Shown: in pieces, positions 11,877 through 20,726 of the stretch
How the letters are laid out: each line of letters opens with the position of its first letter
How positions within the stretch are numbered: position 1 is the first letter of the stretch
Assembly: GCA_964457525.1 (NCBI GenBank)
Contig: CAYWGS010000009.1
Location: 1 to 27,904, forward strand
Length of the DNA: 27,904 bases
Direction: 5' to 3'
DNA from: an uncultured Erysipelotrichaceae bacterium
GTDB lineage: Bacteria; Bacillota_I; Bacilli_A; Erysipelotrichales; Erysipelotrichaceae
Translations under genes and position numbers: made by a program
Notes under the pieces: model-generated
The model's database searches: none
What the model was told of the DNA's origin: nothing
Seen by the model: the letters and a program-made list of their open reading frames with translations, nothing else

Positions 11877-12898
11877 TGAAAACAAGTGATTTTGACTTTC
11901 ATTTACCCCATGAGTTAATTGCTCAACATCCTCTAGAAAATCGAAGCGCATCCCGTTTACTCGTACTTAATCGTACTGACGAAAGTATTAATCATAAGCA
12001 TTTCAGTGATATCATCGATTACCTTCATGAAGGGGATGTATTGGTCATTAACGATACACGTGTTTTACCAGCTCGTTTATTCGGTGTTAAAGAAGATACT
12101 CATGCGCATATTGAATGCTTAATTCTACGTCATGAAAATGATACGGTTTTATGTATGGTTCGTAATGCGCGTGCGGTAAAAGTTGGGACAATCGTTAGTT
12201 TTGGGGATGGTCGTTTAAAGTTTGAATGTATTGAGTTCTTAGATCAAGGGTTAAGACGATTCAAGATTATCAGTGAAGGTGTTTTCCTAGAGAAACTTGC
12301 GGAACTGGGAACTGTTCCACTTCCTCCCTATATCAAAGAAAAATTAGATGATCCAGAACGCTACCAAACCGTTTATGCAAAGAATAATGGAAGTGCAGCA
12401 GCCCCAACAGCGGGTCTACACTTTACCACTGAATTATTAGATAAGATTAAGCAAAAGGGCATTATTGTTTGCCCAATCACTTTACATGTTGGTTTAGGAA
12501 CATTTAAACCGGTTGATGTGGATGATGTGTCCAATCATGTGATGCATGAAGAGATTTATGAAGTATCTGAATCAAGTGCTAATATTTTAAATCAAGCACT
12601 CAGTGACAAGCGTAGAATTGTGGCAGTAGGCACAACCTCTGTTCGTACCTTAGAATCACAGATGCAAAAACATGGGAAGTTTGTACCAGAAACCAGTTCT
12701 ACATCGATCTTCATTAAACCAGGTTATACCTTTAAAGCAGTAAGTTGTTTAATCACGAACTTCCATTTGCCTAAATCAACCTTAGTGATGTTGGTGAGTG
12801 CATTTGCGAATCGTGAGTATATAATGAAGGCATATGAATGTGCCATTTCTGAGAAGTATCGTTTCTTTAGTTTTGGCGATTCCATGATCATACAATGA
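11876..12898 (+). CDS. queA: S-adenosylmethionine:tRNA ribosyltransferase-isomerase
   Basis: 340-aa ORF. Motifs FDFHLP.ELIAQHP, PPYI and AVGTTS.R. The ATG shares one base with the tgt stop (TAATG). Confidence 0.92.
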
Positions 12899-13533
12899 GA
12901 AAACTAACAGATTATCAATGGGAAATTGAGAAAATTGAAGAACTTAAAAAGTTGGACAATAAACCCAAACTTTTAATGCAGTCCTGTTGTGCTGTATGTA
13001 ATAGTTGGCCTCTAGAGTATCTCTATTCCATTTTTGATATTACCATTTACTATAACAATTCAAATATCTATCCTAGAAGTGAATATGATTTACGTCTAGG
13101 TGAGTTAAGAGATTATGTATCGAAGTTTAATGATTTTCATCAAGTGAATATCAAGATTATCGAAGAACCGTATGACTATGATGCGTACAAATCGACTTAT
13201 CTTGAGAAGCGATCATTAGACAAAGAAGGTTCGAATCGATGTGGTATGTGTTATGCCTTACGTATTAATCAAGCATTCAAATATGCAAGTGAACATGAGT
13301 TTGATTATGTCACAACTGTTATGACGATTTCACGTCAAAAGAACTCGGATAAGATTAACAATATTGCACGCCGTTTATCAAATGCATATCCACATGTAAA
13401 TTACTTCTATTCGAATTTTAAAAAGAATCGTGGAATTGATTTTGCGGTTTATACCGCTAAATCCCTTGGGATTTACCAACAAGAATATTGTGGGTGTGAG
13501 TTCTCGATTCATAAAAAAGATTATGATGTGTAA
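12895..13533 (+). CDS. queH: Epoxyqueuosine reductase QueH (DUF208 family)
   Basis: 212-aa ORF. CCAVC near the N-terminus and EYCGCEFS near the C-terminus match the DUF208/QueH cysteine pattern. ATGA overlap with queA. Confidence 0.85.
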   Translation: MRKLTDYQWEIEKIEELKKLDNKPKLLMQSCCAVCNSWPLEYLYSIFDITIYYNNSNIYPRSEYDLRLGELRDYVSKFNDFHQVNIKIIEEPYDYDAYKSTYLEKRSLDKEGSNRCGMCYALRINQAFKYASEHEFDYVTTVMTISRQKNSDKINNIARRLSNAYPHVNYFYSNFKKNRGIDFAVYTAKSLGIYQQEYCGCEFSIHKKDYDV

Positions 13534-13562
13534 TTGACTCAAAGTCTTTTATTGTCTATACT
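13534..13562 (+). promoter_or_regulatory. Sigma-A-type promoter for the T-box leader
   Basis: TTGACT (13534-13539), a 17-nt spacer, then TATACT (13557-13562). Begins immediately after the queH stop. Confidence 0.6.
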
Positions 13563-13569
13563 AATTACA

Positions 13570-13775
13570 AAACAATGAACGAATTAAACTTATTTTTTGG
13601 GAATGTAGAAAGTTTTGGGATGATGAAACAAAGCCAAGAAAGATAAGCCTGTCCTTCGGGAGTTAATTCTCTGAACTTAGTAAGAGAATTCGGTTGTTCC
13701 GTTATAACATTGAGCACAGTAGTGAAATTAAGGTGGTACCACGTTATATAACGTCCTTTGCAGGGCGTTTTTTTG
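13570..13775 (+). promoter_or_regulatory. T-box riboswitch leader (tRNA-sensing attenuator; valine specificity suspected but not proven)
   Basis: T-box sequence AATTAAGGTGGTACCACG (13726-13743) with a UGGU bulge. F-box CCGTTA (13699-13704) and a GA/K-turn-like TGATGA (13621-13626). Terminator AACGTCC / GGGCGTT (13750-13756 / 13763-13769) plus seven T (13768-13774). The competing antiterminator helix ACGTT / AACGT (13741-13745 / 13750-13754) uses the 5' half of the terminator. Confidence 0.85.
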
Positions 13776-13788
13776 TGGAGGTAACGAA

Positions 13789-14409
13789 ATGTTAAAACTC
13801 AGAATGCCTACCGTAGAAACTGAACGACTTATCCTTAGACCGATTCAATTAGAAGATGATAAGGATATGTACGAGTACTGCAGTGATGATGATGTCATCA
13901 AGTACTTATGGTTTGAAAAACACGATTCTGTAGAGTTTAGTCGTTATATTATTGAAAAGTTGTATCTTAATCGAACGAGTGTTGGTATACCTGAAGCCTA
14001 TGCCATTGTGTTTAAAGAATCGAACAAGATGATTGGGACCATTGATGTTAATCAAGTGTATTTCAATGAAGTCGCAGTGATCGGGTATGTGATTCATAAG
14101 GATTATTGGGGTAAGGGAATTGTGACTGAAGCACTTATGACCTTAATTCCAATTCTATTCTATTATTGTGGGTTCTATCGTTTAGAGATCAATCACTCTT
14201 CTGATAATATCGGATCCCAAAGAGTCATTGAAAAAGCAGGGTTTATATATGAAGGTCGGTTTAGAAAACGTAAAAGAGAACGTGATGGTCATCGTGCTGA
14301 TTATATTTATTATGGATTATGCAAAGATGATTTGATTGTAAAAGAAAGATATGGAGAAGAAATGTATGAAAAGACAATTGGAAACCAAATACAATCCAAA
14401 ACAAGTTGA
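13789..14409 (+). CDS. GNAT family N-acetyltransferase (RimJ/RimL-like)
   Basis: 206-aa ORF. Starts TERLILRPIQLEDDKDMYEY, has the acetyl-CoA loop YWGKGIVTEA and ends IEKAGFIYEGRFR. GGAGG at 13777-13781 is 7 nt from the ATG. It is the first gene after the T-box terminator. Confidence 0.8.
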   Translation: MLKLRMPTVETERLILRPIQLEDDKDMYEYCSDDDVIKYLWFEKHDSVEFSRYIIEKLYLNRTSVGIPEAYAIVFKESNKMIGTIDVNQVYFNEVAVIGYVIHKDYWGKGIVTEALMTLIPILFYYCGFYRLEINHSSDNIGSQRVIEKAGFIYEGRFRKRKRERDGHRADYIYYGLCKDDLIVKERYGEEMYEKTIGNQIQSKTS

Positions 14410-16948
14410 AGAGAATGCGTATCAGAAATGGGTCAGTGAAGGTTACTTTACGGCAGGAGATCAATCCAAGATTCCGTATACCATCGTCATTCCTCCACCG
14501 AATGTTACGGGTAAGCTACATTTAGGACATGCTTGGGATACATCCTTACAAGACATTATTGCAAGATTCAAACGTATGCAAGGTTTTGATATGTTGTGGT
14601 TACCTGGCATGGACCATGCGGGGATTGCGACTCAAGCAAAGGTTGATGCTCGTTTGAAGGAACAAGGCATTTCTCGATATGATATTGGTCGTGAGAAATT
14701 CTTGGATAAAGCGTGGGAATGGAAACATGAGTATGCAAGTCATATCCGTGAACAATGGGCTAAACTTGGTTTATCTCTCGATTACACACGTGAACGTTTT
14801 ACTTTGGATGAAGGATTAAATCAAGCGGTTAATAAGGTTTTCGTAGATCTATATAAAGATGGATTAATCTATCAAGGTGAACGAATTATTAACTGGGATC
14901 CACAAGCTAAGACAGCATTAAGCAATATTGAAGTTATTCATAAAGAAATAGAAGGGGCATTCTATACCTTTAAATATCCAGTTGTTGGAAGTGATGAAAT
15001 ACTTAAAGTAAGTACAACACGACCTGAAACCATGTTTGGGGATGTTTGTGTCTTTGTTCATCCAGATGATCCAAGATACCAACATTTAATTGGTAAAGAG
15101 GTTATCAATCCAGCCAATCATCAAGTACTTCCTATTTTAGCGGATGATTATATCGATATTGAATTCGGTACAGGTGCGATGAAATGTACACCAGCACATG
15201 ACCCTAATGACTTTGCGTTATCTGAGAAATATAACTTAGATAAGATCATTTGTATGCATCCAGATGGATCTATGAATGAGTTAGCGGGTGAATTTAATGG
15301 TTTAGATCGTTTTGATTGTCGTAAGAAATTGGTTAAACGAATTGAATCTGAAGGAAACCTTGAGAAGATTGAAAAGCATATCCATCAAGTTGGACATAGT
15401 GAAAGAACGGATGCGATTGTAGAGCCTTATCTTTCTAAACAATGGTTTGTAAAGATGAAGCCATTAGCGCAAGCTGTATTAGATGCACAAAAGACTGAAG
15501 ATCGCATTGACTTTATCCCTGATCGTTTTGAAGGTATCTTCAATCACTGGATGGAAAATATTGAAGACTGGTGTATCTCTCGTCAGTTATGGTGGGGACA
15601 CCGTATTCCTGTTTGGTATCACAAGGAAACAGGAGTTCCATTTGTTAGTGAAACAGCTCCATTAGATATTGAAAACTATACACAAGATGAAGATGTTTTA
15701 GATACTTGGTTCTCCAGTGCTCTATGGCCATTCTCAACCTTAGGTTGGCCAGAAAAAACAGCAGACTTTGAACGTTATTATCCAACTGATGTCTTAGTAA
15801 CTGGTTATGACATTATCTTCTTCTGGGCTGCACGTATGGCATTCCAGGCACGTTACTTTACAAAGACTGTACCATTTAAGAAAGCCCTCATTCATGGACT
15901 TATCCGTGATAGTGAAGGTCGAAAGATGAGTAAGTCCTTGGGCAATGGTGTTGATCCGATGGAAGTCATTGATACCTATGGGGCAGATGCTTTACGTTTC
16001 TTCCTAACAACCAATTCAGCACCTGGGTTAGACTTGCGATATTCAACTGAAAAAGTTGAAGCCGCATGGAACTTTATAAATAAACTATGGAATGCGTCAC
16101 GATTTGTGTTGATGAATGTACCGGAAGATTTCAATGAAACACCGTTAAATGAATGTACCTTATCTTCGATTGATCATTGGATCCTAGAACGATTTGATGA
16201 GAACGTAGATAAGATTACACAAGCGATGGAAAAGTTTGATTTTGCATTAGCAGGAAGTTTCTTATACGAATTTGTTTGGGATGATTATTGTTCATGGTAT
16301 ATTGAACTCAGTAAATCAAATTTAAATAGTGATAATCCTGAAGTTGTGAAGGGAACAGTTAATACATTAGTTGCGGTATTAAAGGGAATCTTGAAACTCT
16401 GTCATCCTACAATGCCATTCGTGACTGAAACAATTTATGCAAGTTTAAGTGATGAACCATTGTGTTTGAGCAAGTGGCCAAGTGCATTTGGTTATAATGA
16501 TCAAAAAGCACATCACGATGTCGCATCGCTCATTTCAATCATTTCAGAAATTCGTAGTATTCGTACAGAATACAATGTAAAACCATCCATTCCACTTCAT
16601 GTAAAATTATCGTATTCAATTGATAAAATGTATCAAGATAGTTTACTTAAAATGGTTAAGACAGAATGTGTTGATCAACTTGATGGGGAGCTTATTACAC
16701 GTTCCATCTTAAATGGAACACTTCAAATTGAACGTGGCCAATTGGTGGATAAAGAAGCTGAAACAGCTCGATTAAATAAGGAAAAGATTAAATTAGAAGC
16801 TGAACTTAAACGTTCTGAATCGATGTTAGCCAATGAACGATTTGTGGCTTCAGCACCTTCTCACAAGGTTGAAGAAGAAAAGAGTAAACTCAGTGAGTAT
16901 CAAAGACAGTATGCTTTAGTTCTAGAAGAATTAGCTAAACTCGTGTAA
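14366..16948 (+). CDS. valS: Valine--tRNA ligase
   Basis: ORF 14351-16948. Motifs PPPNVTGKLHLGHA (HIGH) and RKMSKSLGN (KMSKS), an editing-domain insertion and a C-terminal coiled coil. GGAG at 14353-14356 favours ATG 14366. The start lies inside the GNAT ORF. Confidence 0.93.
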   Translation: MKRQLETKYNPKQVEENAYQKWVSEGYFTAGDQSKIPYTIVIPPPNVTGKLHLGHAWDTSLQDIIARFKRMQGFDMLWLPGMDHAGIATQAKVDARLKEQGISRYDIGREKFLDKAWEWKHEYASHIREQWAKLGLSLDYTRERFTLDEGLNQAVNKVFVDLYKDGLIYQGERIINWDPQAKTALSNIEVIHKEIEGAFYTFKYPVVGSDEILKVSTTRPETMFGDVCVFVHPDDPRYQHLIGKEVINPANHQVLPILADDYIDIEFGTGAMKCTPAHDPNDFALSEKYNLDKIICMHPDGSMNELAGEFNGLDRFDCRKKLVKRIESEGNLEKIEKHIHQVGHSERTDAIVEPYLSKQWFVKMKPLAQAVLDAQKTEDRIDFIPDRFEGIFNHWMENIEDWCISRQLWWGHRIPVWYHKETGVPFVSETAPLDIENYTQDEDVLDTWFSSALWPFSTLGWPEKTADFERYYPTDVLVTGYDIIFFWAARMAFQARYFTKTVPFKKALIHGLIRDSEGRKMSKSLGNGVDPMEVIDTYGADALRFFLTTNSAPGLDLRYSTEKVEAAWNFINKLWNASRFVLMNVPEDFNETPLNECTLSSIDHWILERFDENVDKITQAMEKFDFALAGSFLYEFVWDDYCSWYIELSKSNLNSDNPEVVKGTVNTLVAVLKGILKLCHPTMPFVTETIYASLSDEPLCLSKWPSAFGYNDQKAHHDVASLISIISEIRSIRTEYNVKPSIPLHVKLSYSIDKMYQDSLLKMVKTECVDQLDGELITRSILNGTLQIERGQLVDKEAETARLNKEKIKLEAELKRSESMLANERFVASAPSHKVEEEKSKLSEYQRQYALVLEELAKLV

Positions 16949-16952
16949 TTGC

Positions 16953-16981
16953 TAGAAATCTATTAGAACTTTTAGTATAAT
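16953..16981 (+). promoter_or_regulatory. Candidate ppdK promoter
   Basis: TAGAAA (16953-16958), a 17-nt spacer, then TATAAT (16976-16981). AGGAGG at 17014-17019 precedes ATG 17024. Confidence 0.4.
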
Positions 16982-16982
16982 T

Positions 16983-16996
16983 AATAAGCGCTTACA
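16983..16996. promoter_or_regulatory. cre-like (CcpA-type) operator candidate at the ppdK promoter
   Basis: AATAAGCGCTTACA matches 12 of the 14 positions of the idealised cre TGTAAGCGCTTACA, differing only at the two leftmost bases. The core TAAGCGCTTA is a perfect 10-bp palindrome. It lies immediately downstream of the -10 hexamer. Confidence 0.45.
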
Positions 16997-17023
16997 GAAT
17001 GGCGTTTTGCCACAGGAGGAAAA

Positions 17024-19648
17024 ATGAGTACAAAATACGTTTATTTATTCTCTGAAGGTAACGGTAAAATGAAGAATTTACTTGGTGGTAAAGGGGCTAA
17101 TTTGGCAGAAATGACCAATTTAGGGATGCCTGTACCTCAAGGTTTTACAGTCACCACTGAAGCTTGTACCCGCTACTATGAGGATGGGGAAAAGATTCAT
17201 GCAGAGATCATTGCGGAAGTTTTTGAAAACTTAGGAAAACTTGAAGCATTAACACAAAAGAAGTTTGGAGATAAGAACAATCCATTATTAGTATCTGTAC
17301 GTTCAGGTTCTAGAGCTTCTATGCCTGGTATGATGGATACAATCCTAAACTTAGGATTAAATGATGAAGTTGTGGAAGGGTTTGCGACACTAACAAATAA
17401 TCCACGCTTTGCATATGATTCCTATCGTCGTTTCATTCAAATGTTCTCGGACGTTGTTATGGAAATTTCTAAGAAGAAATTCGAAGAGATCATTGATGAA
17501 ATGAAAGAAGAAAAAGGTATCAAATTAGATACTGAATTTACAGCAGAAGATTTAAAAGAAATGATTGCTCGTTATAAAGCATTCTATAAGAGCATCAAGG
17601 GAACTGATTTCCCACAAGATCCAAAAGACCAATTAGTTGAATCCGTTAAGGCTGTTTTCCGTTCTTGGAACAACCCACGTGCAGTTTACTACCGTCGTAT
17701 GAATGAAATTCCGAGCGATTGGGGTACTGCGGTTAACGTACAAACAATGGTATTCGGTAATACAGGTGATGATTCAGGAACAGGTGTTGCCTTTACTCGT
17801 GATCCATCCACTGGTGCTAAGAAATTAATGGGTGAGTTCTTGATGAATGCTCAAGGGGAAGACGTTGTTGCGGGTATCCGTACACCTGAAACCATTGATC
17901 GTTTACAAGAAATTATGCCTCATGCATACAATGAATTCGTTGAAATTTGTGGCAAATTAGAAGAACACTATCGTGATATGCAAGATATGGAATTTACCAT
18001 TGAAAAGGGTAAACTCTATATGTTACAAACTCGTAATGGTAAGCGTACAGCTGCAGCTGCTCTTAAGATTGCGGTTGATTTAGTGAACGAAGGCATGATT
18101 ACAAAGGAACAAGCTGTATTACAAGTTGATCCTAAGCAATTAGATGCTTTATTACATCCTCAATTTGATCCTGCTTCATTAAAAGCTGCGACAGTTGTAG
18201 GACGTGCTTTACCAGCATCACCTGGTGCTGCTAGTGGTAAGGTAGTCTTTACTGCTCAAGATGCAGTTGAATGGAAGAATCGTGGAGAAAAAGTTATCTT
18301 AGTTCGCTTAGAAACTTCTCCTGAAGATATTGAAGGTATGCACGTATCACAAGGTATCTTAACTGCACGTGGTGGTATGACTTCTCACGCAGCGGTTGTG
18401 GCTCGTGGTATGGGTACATGTTGTGTTTCTGGATGTGGCGATATTAAGTTTACATCCGATAAGTCTTTCACATTAGGTGGTAGAACATTCAATGAAGGAG
18501 ATTTTATCTCACTTGATGGTTCAACTGGTAATATCTATGGTGAAGCTGTTAAGACAGTTCCTGCAAGTATTACAGGTGATTTCTCTACTCTAATGGCTTG
18601 GGCTGATGAATTTAGAACACTAAAAGTTCGTGCGAATGCTGATACTCCAAAAGATGCTCGTCAAGCAGTTGAGTTTGGCGCTGAAGGTATTGGTTTAACA
18701 CGTACTGAACATATGTTCTTTGAAGGGGATCGTATTAAAGCAATGCGTGAGATGATTGTAGCTCGTACTGAGGAACAACGTCGTATTGCATTAGCTAAAC
18801 TACTTCCTTATCAAAGAAGCGACTTCGAAGGGATTTACATGGAGATGCAAGATCGTCCTGTAACCATCCGTTACTTGGATCCACCTCTACATGAATTCTT
18901 ACCTACAGTTGAAGAAGATATTGTTAACTTAGCTAAAGAAATGAAACTTGAAGTTTCTGAACTTAAAGCAATTATTTCTAACTTACATGAATTTAACCCT
19001 ATGATGGGTCATCGTGGATGTCGTTTAGCTGTTTCTTACCCTGAAATTGCAGAAATGCAAACTCAAGCGGTTATTGAAGCTGCGATTAATGTATGTAAGA
19101 AACACCCTGAATGGAATTTAAAACCTGAAATCATGATTCCTCTTGTTGGAGAAATCAAAGAATTGAAATACGTTAAGGATATCGTCGTTAAGACAGCTGA
19201 CCGTATTATTGCGGAATCAGGTGTTAAACTTGAGTACATGGTTGGTACAATGATTGAAATTCCACGTGCTGCTCTTTTAGCGGATGAAATTGCGACTGAA
19301 GCAGAATTCTTCTCATTCGGTACAAATGACTTAACTCAAATGACATTCGGATTTAGTCGTGATGATGCTGGTGCGTTCTTAGAAAGTTACTATGGTAAGA
19401 AAATCTATGAACAAGATCCATTTGCTCGTCTAGACCAAAACGGTGTTGGTAAACTTGTTGAAATGGCTTCTAAACTTGGTAAACAAACTCGCCCTAATAT
19501 TAAATTAGGTGTGTGTGGTGAACATGGTGGTGACCCTAGTTCAGTGGAATTCTTCCACCGTGCTGGATTATCCTATGTTTCTTGTTCTCCATTTAGAGTT
19601 CCTATTGCTCGTTTAGCTGCTGCTCACGCTGCATTAAAGAATAAATAG
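17024..19648 (+). CDS. ppdK: Pyruvate, phosphate dikinase
   Basis: 874-aa ORF. Phospho-histidine loop GGMTSHAAVVARGMG, an ATP-grasp N-terminal domain and a PEP-utilising C-terminal domain (GTNDLTQ, CGEHGGDP). Confidence 0.93.
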   Translation: MSTKYVYLFSEGNGKMKNLLGGKGANLAEMTNLGMPVPQGFTVTTEACTRYYEDGEKIHAEIIAEVFENLGKLEALTQKKFGDKNNPLLVSVRSGSRASMPGMMDTILNLGLNDEVVEGFATLTNNPRFAYDSYRRFIQMFSDVVMEISKKKFEEIIDEMKEEKGIKLDTEFTAEDLKEMIARYKAFYKSIKGTDFPQDPKDQLVESVKAVFRSWNNPRAVYYRRMNEIPSDWGTAVNVQTMVFGNTGDDSGTGVAFTRDPSTGAKKLMGEFLMNAQGEDVVAGIRTPETIDRLQEIMPHAYNEFVEICGKLEEHYRDMQDMEFTIEKGKLYMLQTRNGKRTAAAALKIAVDLVNEGMITKEQAVLQVDPKQLDALLHPQFDPASLKAATVVGRALPASPGAASGKVVFTAQDAVEWKNRGEKVILVRLETSPEDIEGMHVSQGILTARGGMTSHAAVVARGMGTCCVSGCGDIKFTSDKSFTLGGRTFNEGDFISLDGSTGNIYGEAVKTVPASITGDFSTLMAWADEFRTLKVRANADTPKDARQAVEFGAEGIGLTRTEHMFFEGDRIKAMREMIVARTEEQRRIALAKLLPYQRSDFEGIYMEMQDRPVTIRYLDPPLHEFLPTVEEDIVNLAKEMKLEVSELKAIISNLHEFNPMMGHRGCRLAVSYPEIAEMQTQAVIEAAINVCKKHPEWNLKPEIMIPLVGEIKELKYVKDIVVKTADRIIAESGVKLEYMVGTMIEIPRAALLADEIATEAEFFSFGTNDLTQMTFGFSRDDAGAFLESYYGKKIYEQDPFARLDQNGVGKLVEMASKLGKQTRPNIKLGVCGEHGGDPSSVEFFHRAGLSYVSCSPFRVPIARLAAAHAALKNK

Positions 19649-19652
19649 TCTT

Positions 19653-19680
19653 AAAACCCAGGCAACTGGGTTTTATTTTG
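19653..19680 (+). terminator. Rho-independent terminator after ppdK
   Basis: AAAACCCAG (19653-19661) / CTGGGTTTT (19666-19674) with loop GCAA, followed by ATTTTG. Starts 5 nt after the ppdK stop. Confidence 0.8.
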
Positions 19681-19690
19681 GTTGCTTTAC

Positions 19691-19719
19691 TTGATTAAAT
19701 ATTTTCTTATCGATATCAT
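19691..19719 (+). promoter_or_regulatory. Candidate promoter for pgl
   Basis: TTGATT (19691-19696), a 17-nt spacer, then TATCAT (19714-19719). An AGAGGTG RBS precedes ATG 19737. Confidence 0.5.
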
Positions 19720-19736
19720 TAAACTAGAGGTGTAAC

Positions 19737-20705
19737 ATGAAAATTTATTTAGGAACGTATACTAAAAAAGAGAGTAAGGGTATTTATTCGATTGATTTAG
19801 TTGAGAACCAATTAATTAATCTTAACTTGGAGATGGAAGTCGATAATCCTACCTATTTAGCTCGATTGAATAATGATACATTTAGTGTTGTAAAAGATGG
19901 ATCTAAAGGTGGAGTTGCTTATTACAAAGATAATTATCTTGTTAATCAAGTTGTGGAAGAAGGTGCTCCTCCATGTTATGTCAGTTATGATTTGGAGCGT
20001 AACTTGGTATTTAGTGCAAACTATCATGGTGGACGAATTAACACCTATAAGATGACAGATAATGGATTGGTTGATCACCAAAAGATTGTGTTCGATGCAG
20101 GTTCTAAGGCGCACTATATTGCGTACAATGAGTTACTTAACTTAGTATTGGTTTGTGATCTAGGTTTGGATCGAGTGTATTTCTTTGAGTATGATAAGAA
20201 TGATCAACTTGTATTGAAATATCAATATAATGCAAGTGAAAAATCTGGTCCAAGACATATTATTGTTCATCCTACAAAACCAATTGTTTATGTATTTACG
20301 GAATTAAGTAGTGAAGTATTGGTGCTTGAAGTAAATGATCATGGAGTCGAACTTAAGTCAAGAGTTAACTGTTTACCAGAAGGGGTTGAAGGTCCTAAAT
20401 GGGGTGCAGCTATACGTATTTCTAATGATGCGAGATTTATCTATGTAAGTAATCGTGGACATGACTCTATTAGCGTTTTTAAGGTCAGTGATGAGGGATT
20501 TGCTTTGAGTTTGATTCAGAATATCTCTACTGAAGGAGTACAACCACGCGACTTTAATATAAGCCCTAATGATATGTTATGTGTTGTCGCAAATCATGAT
20601 ACCAATAATCTTACCTTGTTTGCACGTTGTGTTGAAACCGGGGTATTGAGCTTATTACAAAAGGATGTATACGCTCCTGAGAGTGTATGTGTTGTGTTTG
20701 ATTAA
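19737..20705 (+). CDS. pgl: 6-phosphogluconolactonase (beta-propeller lactonase family, YkgB/YbhE-like)
   Basis: 322-aa ORF. The N-terminus MKIYLGTYT..GIY and repeated blade-like segments (ANYHGG, PRHI, SNRGHDSI, PRDF) are typical of this lactonase family. The substrate is assigned by family only. Confidence 0.7.
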   Translation: MKIYLGTYTKKESKGIYSIDLVENQLINLNLEMEVDNPTYLARLNNDTFSVVKDGSKGGVAYYKDNYLVNQVVEEGAPPCYVSYDLERNLVFSANYHGGRINTYKMTDNGLVDHQKIVFDAGSKAHYIAYNELLNLVLVCDLGLDRVYFFEYDKNDQLVLKYQYNASEKSGPRHIIVHPTKPIVYVFTELSSEVLVLEVNDHGVELKSRVNCLPEGVEGPKWGAAIRISNDARFIYVSNRGHDSISVFKVSDEGFALSLIQNISTEGVQPRDFNISPNDMLCVVANHDTNNLTLFARCVETGVLSLLQKDVYAPESVCVVFD

Positions 20706-20725
20706 AAAAGGACCGGGTCCTTTTT
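20705..20725. terminator. Candidate bidirectional terminator between convergent pgl and etfA
   Basis: AAAAAGGAC-CGG-GTCCTTTTT: an A-run, short GC core and T-run palindrome filling the 21-nt gap between the two stop codons. The GC core is only 4-5 bp, so strength is uncertain. Confidence 0.5.
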
Positions 20726-20726
20726 C

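Noticed and set aside
13575-13646. 23-codon ORF (MNELNLFFGNVESFGMMKQSQER) inside the T-box leader, considered as a leader peptide.
   Set aside because: It has no RBS and starts only about 6 nt from the predicted TSS. T-box attenuation is tRNA-mediated and needs no leader peptide. An ORF of this length is expected by chance in AT-rich sequence.
13789-14409. The GNAT as a TacT/AtaT/ItaT-type aminoacyl-tRNA-acetylating toxin, given its tRNA-linked context.
   Set aside because: Those toxins are shorter GNATs paired with a small RHH/DUF1778 antitoxin gene. No such partner ORF exists here, and the N-terminal ERLxLRP pattern points to the RimJ/RimL-like subfamily instead.
16985-17007. Possible hairpin AGCGC...GCGTT followed by TTT, considered as a valS terminator.
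   Set aside because: The stem is only 5 bp including a G-U, with a 10-nt loop and a short T-run. The same bases are better explained as the palindromic cre-like site.
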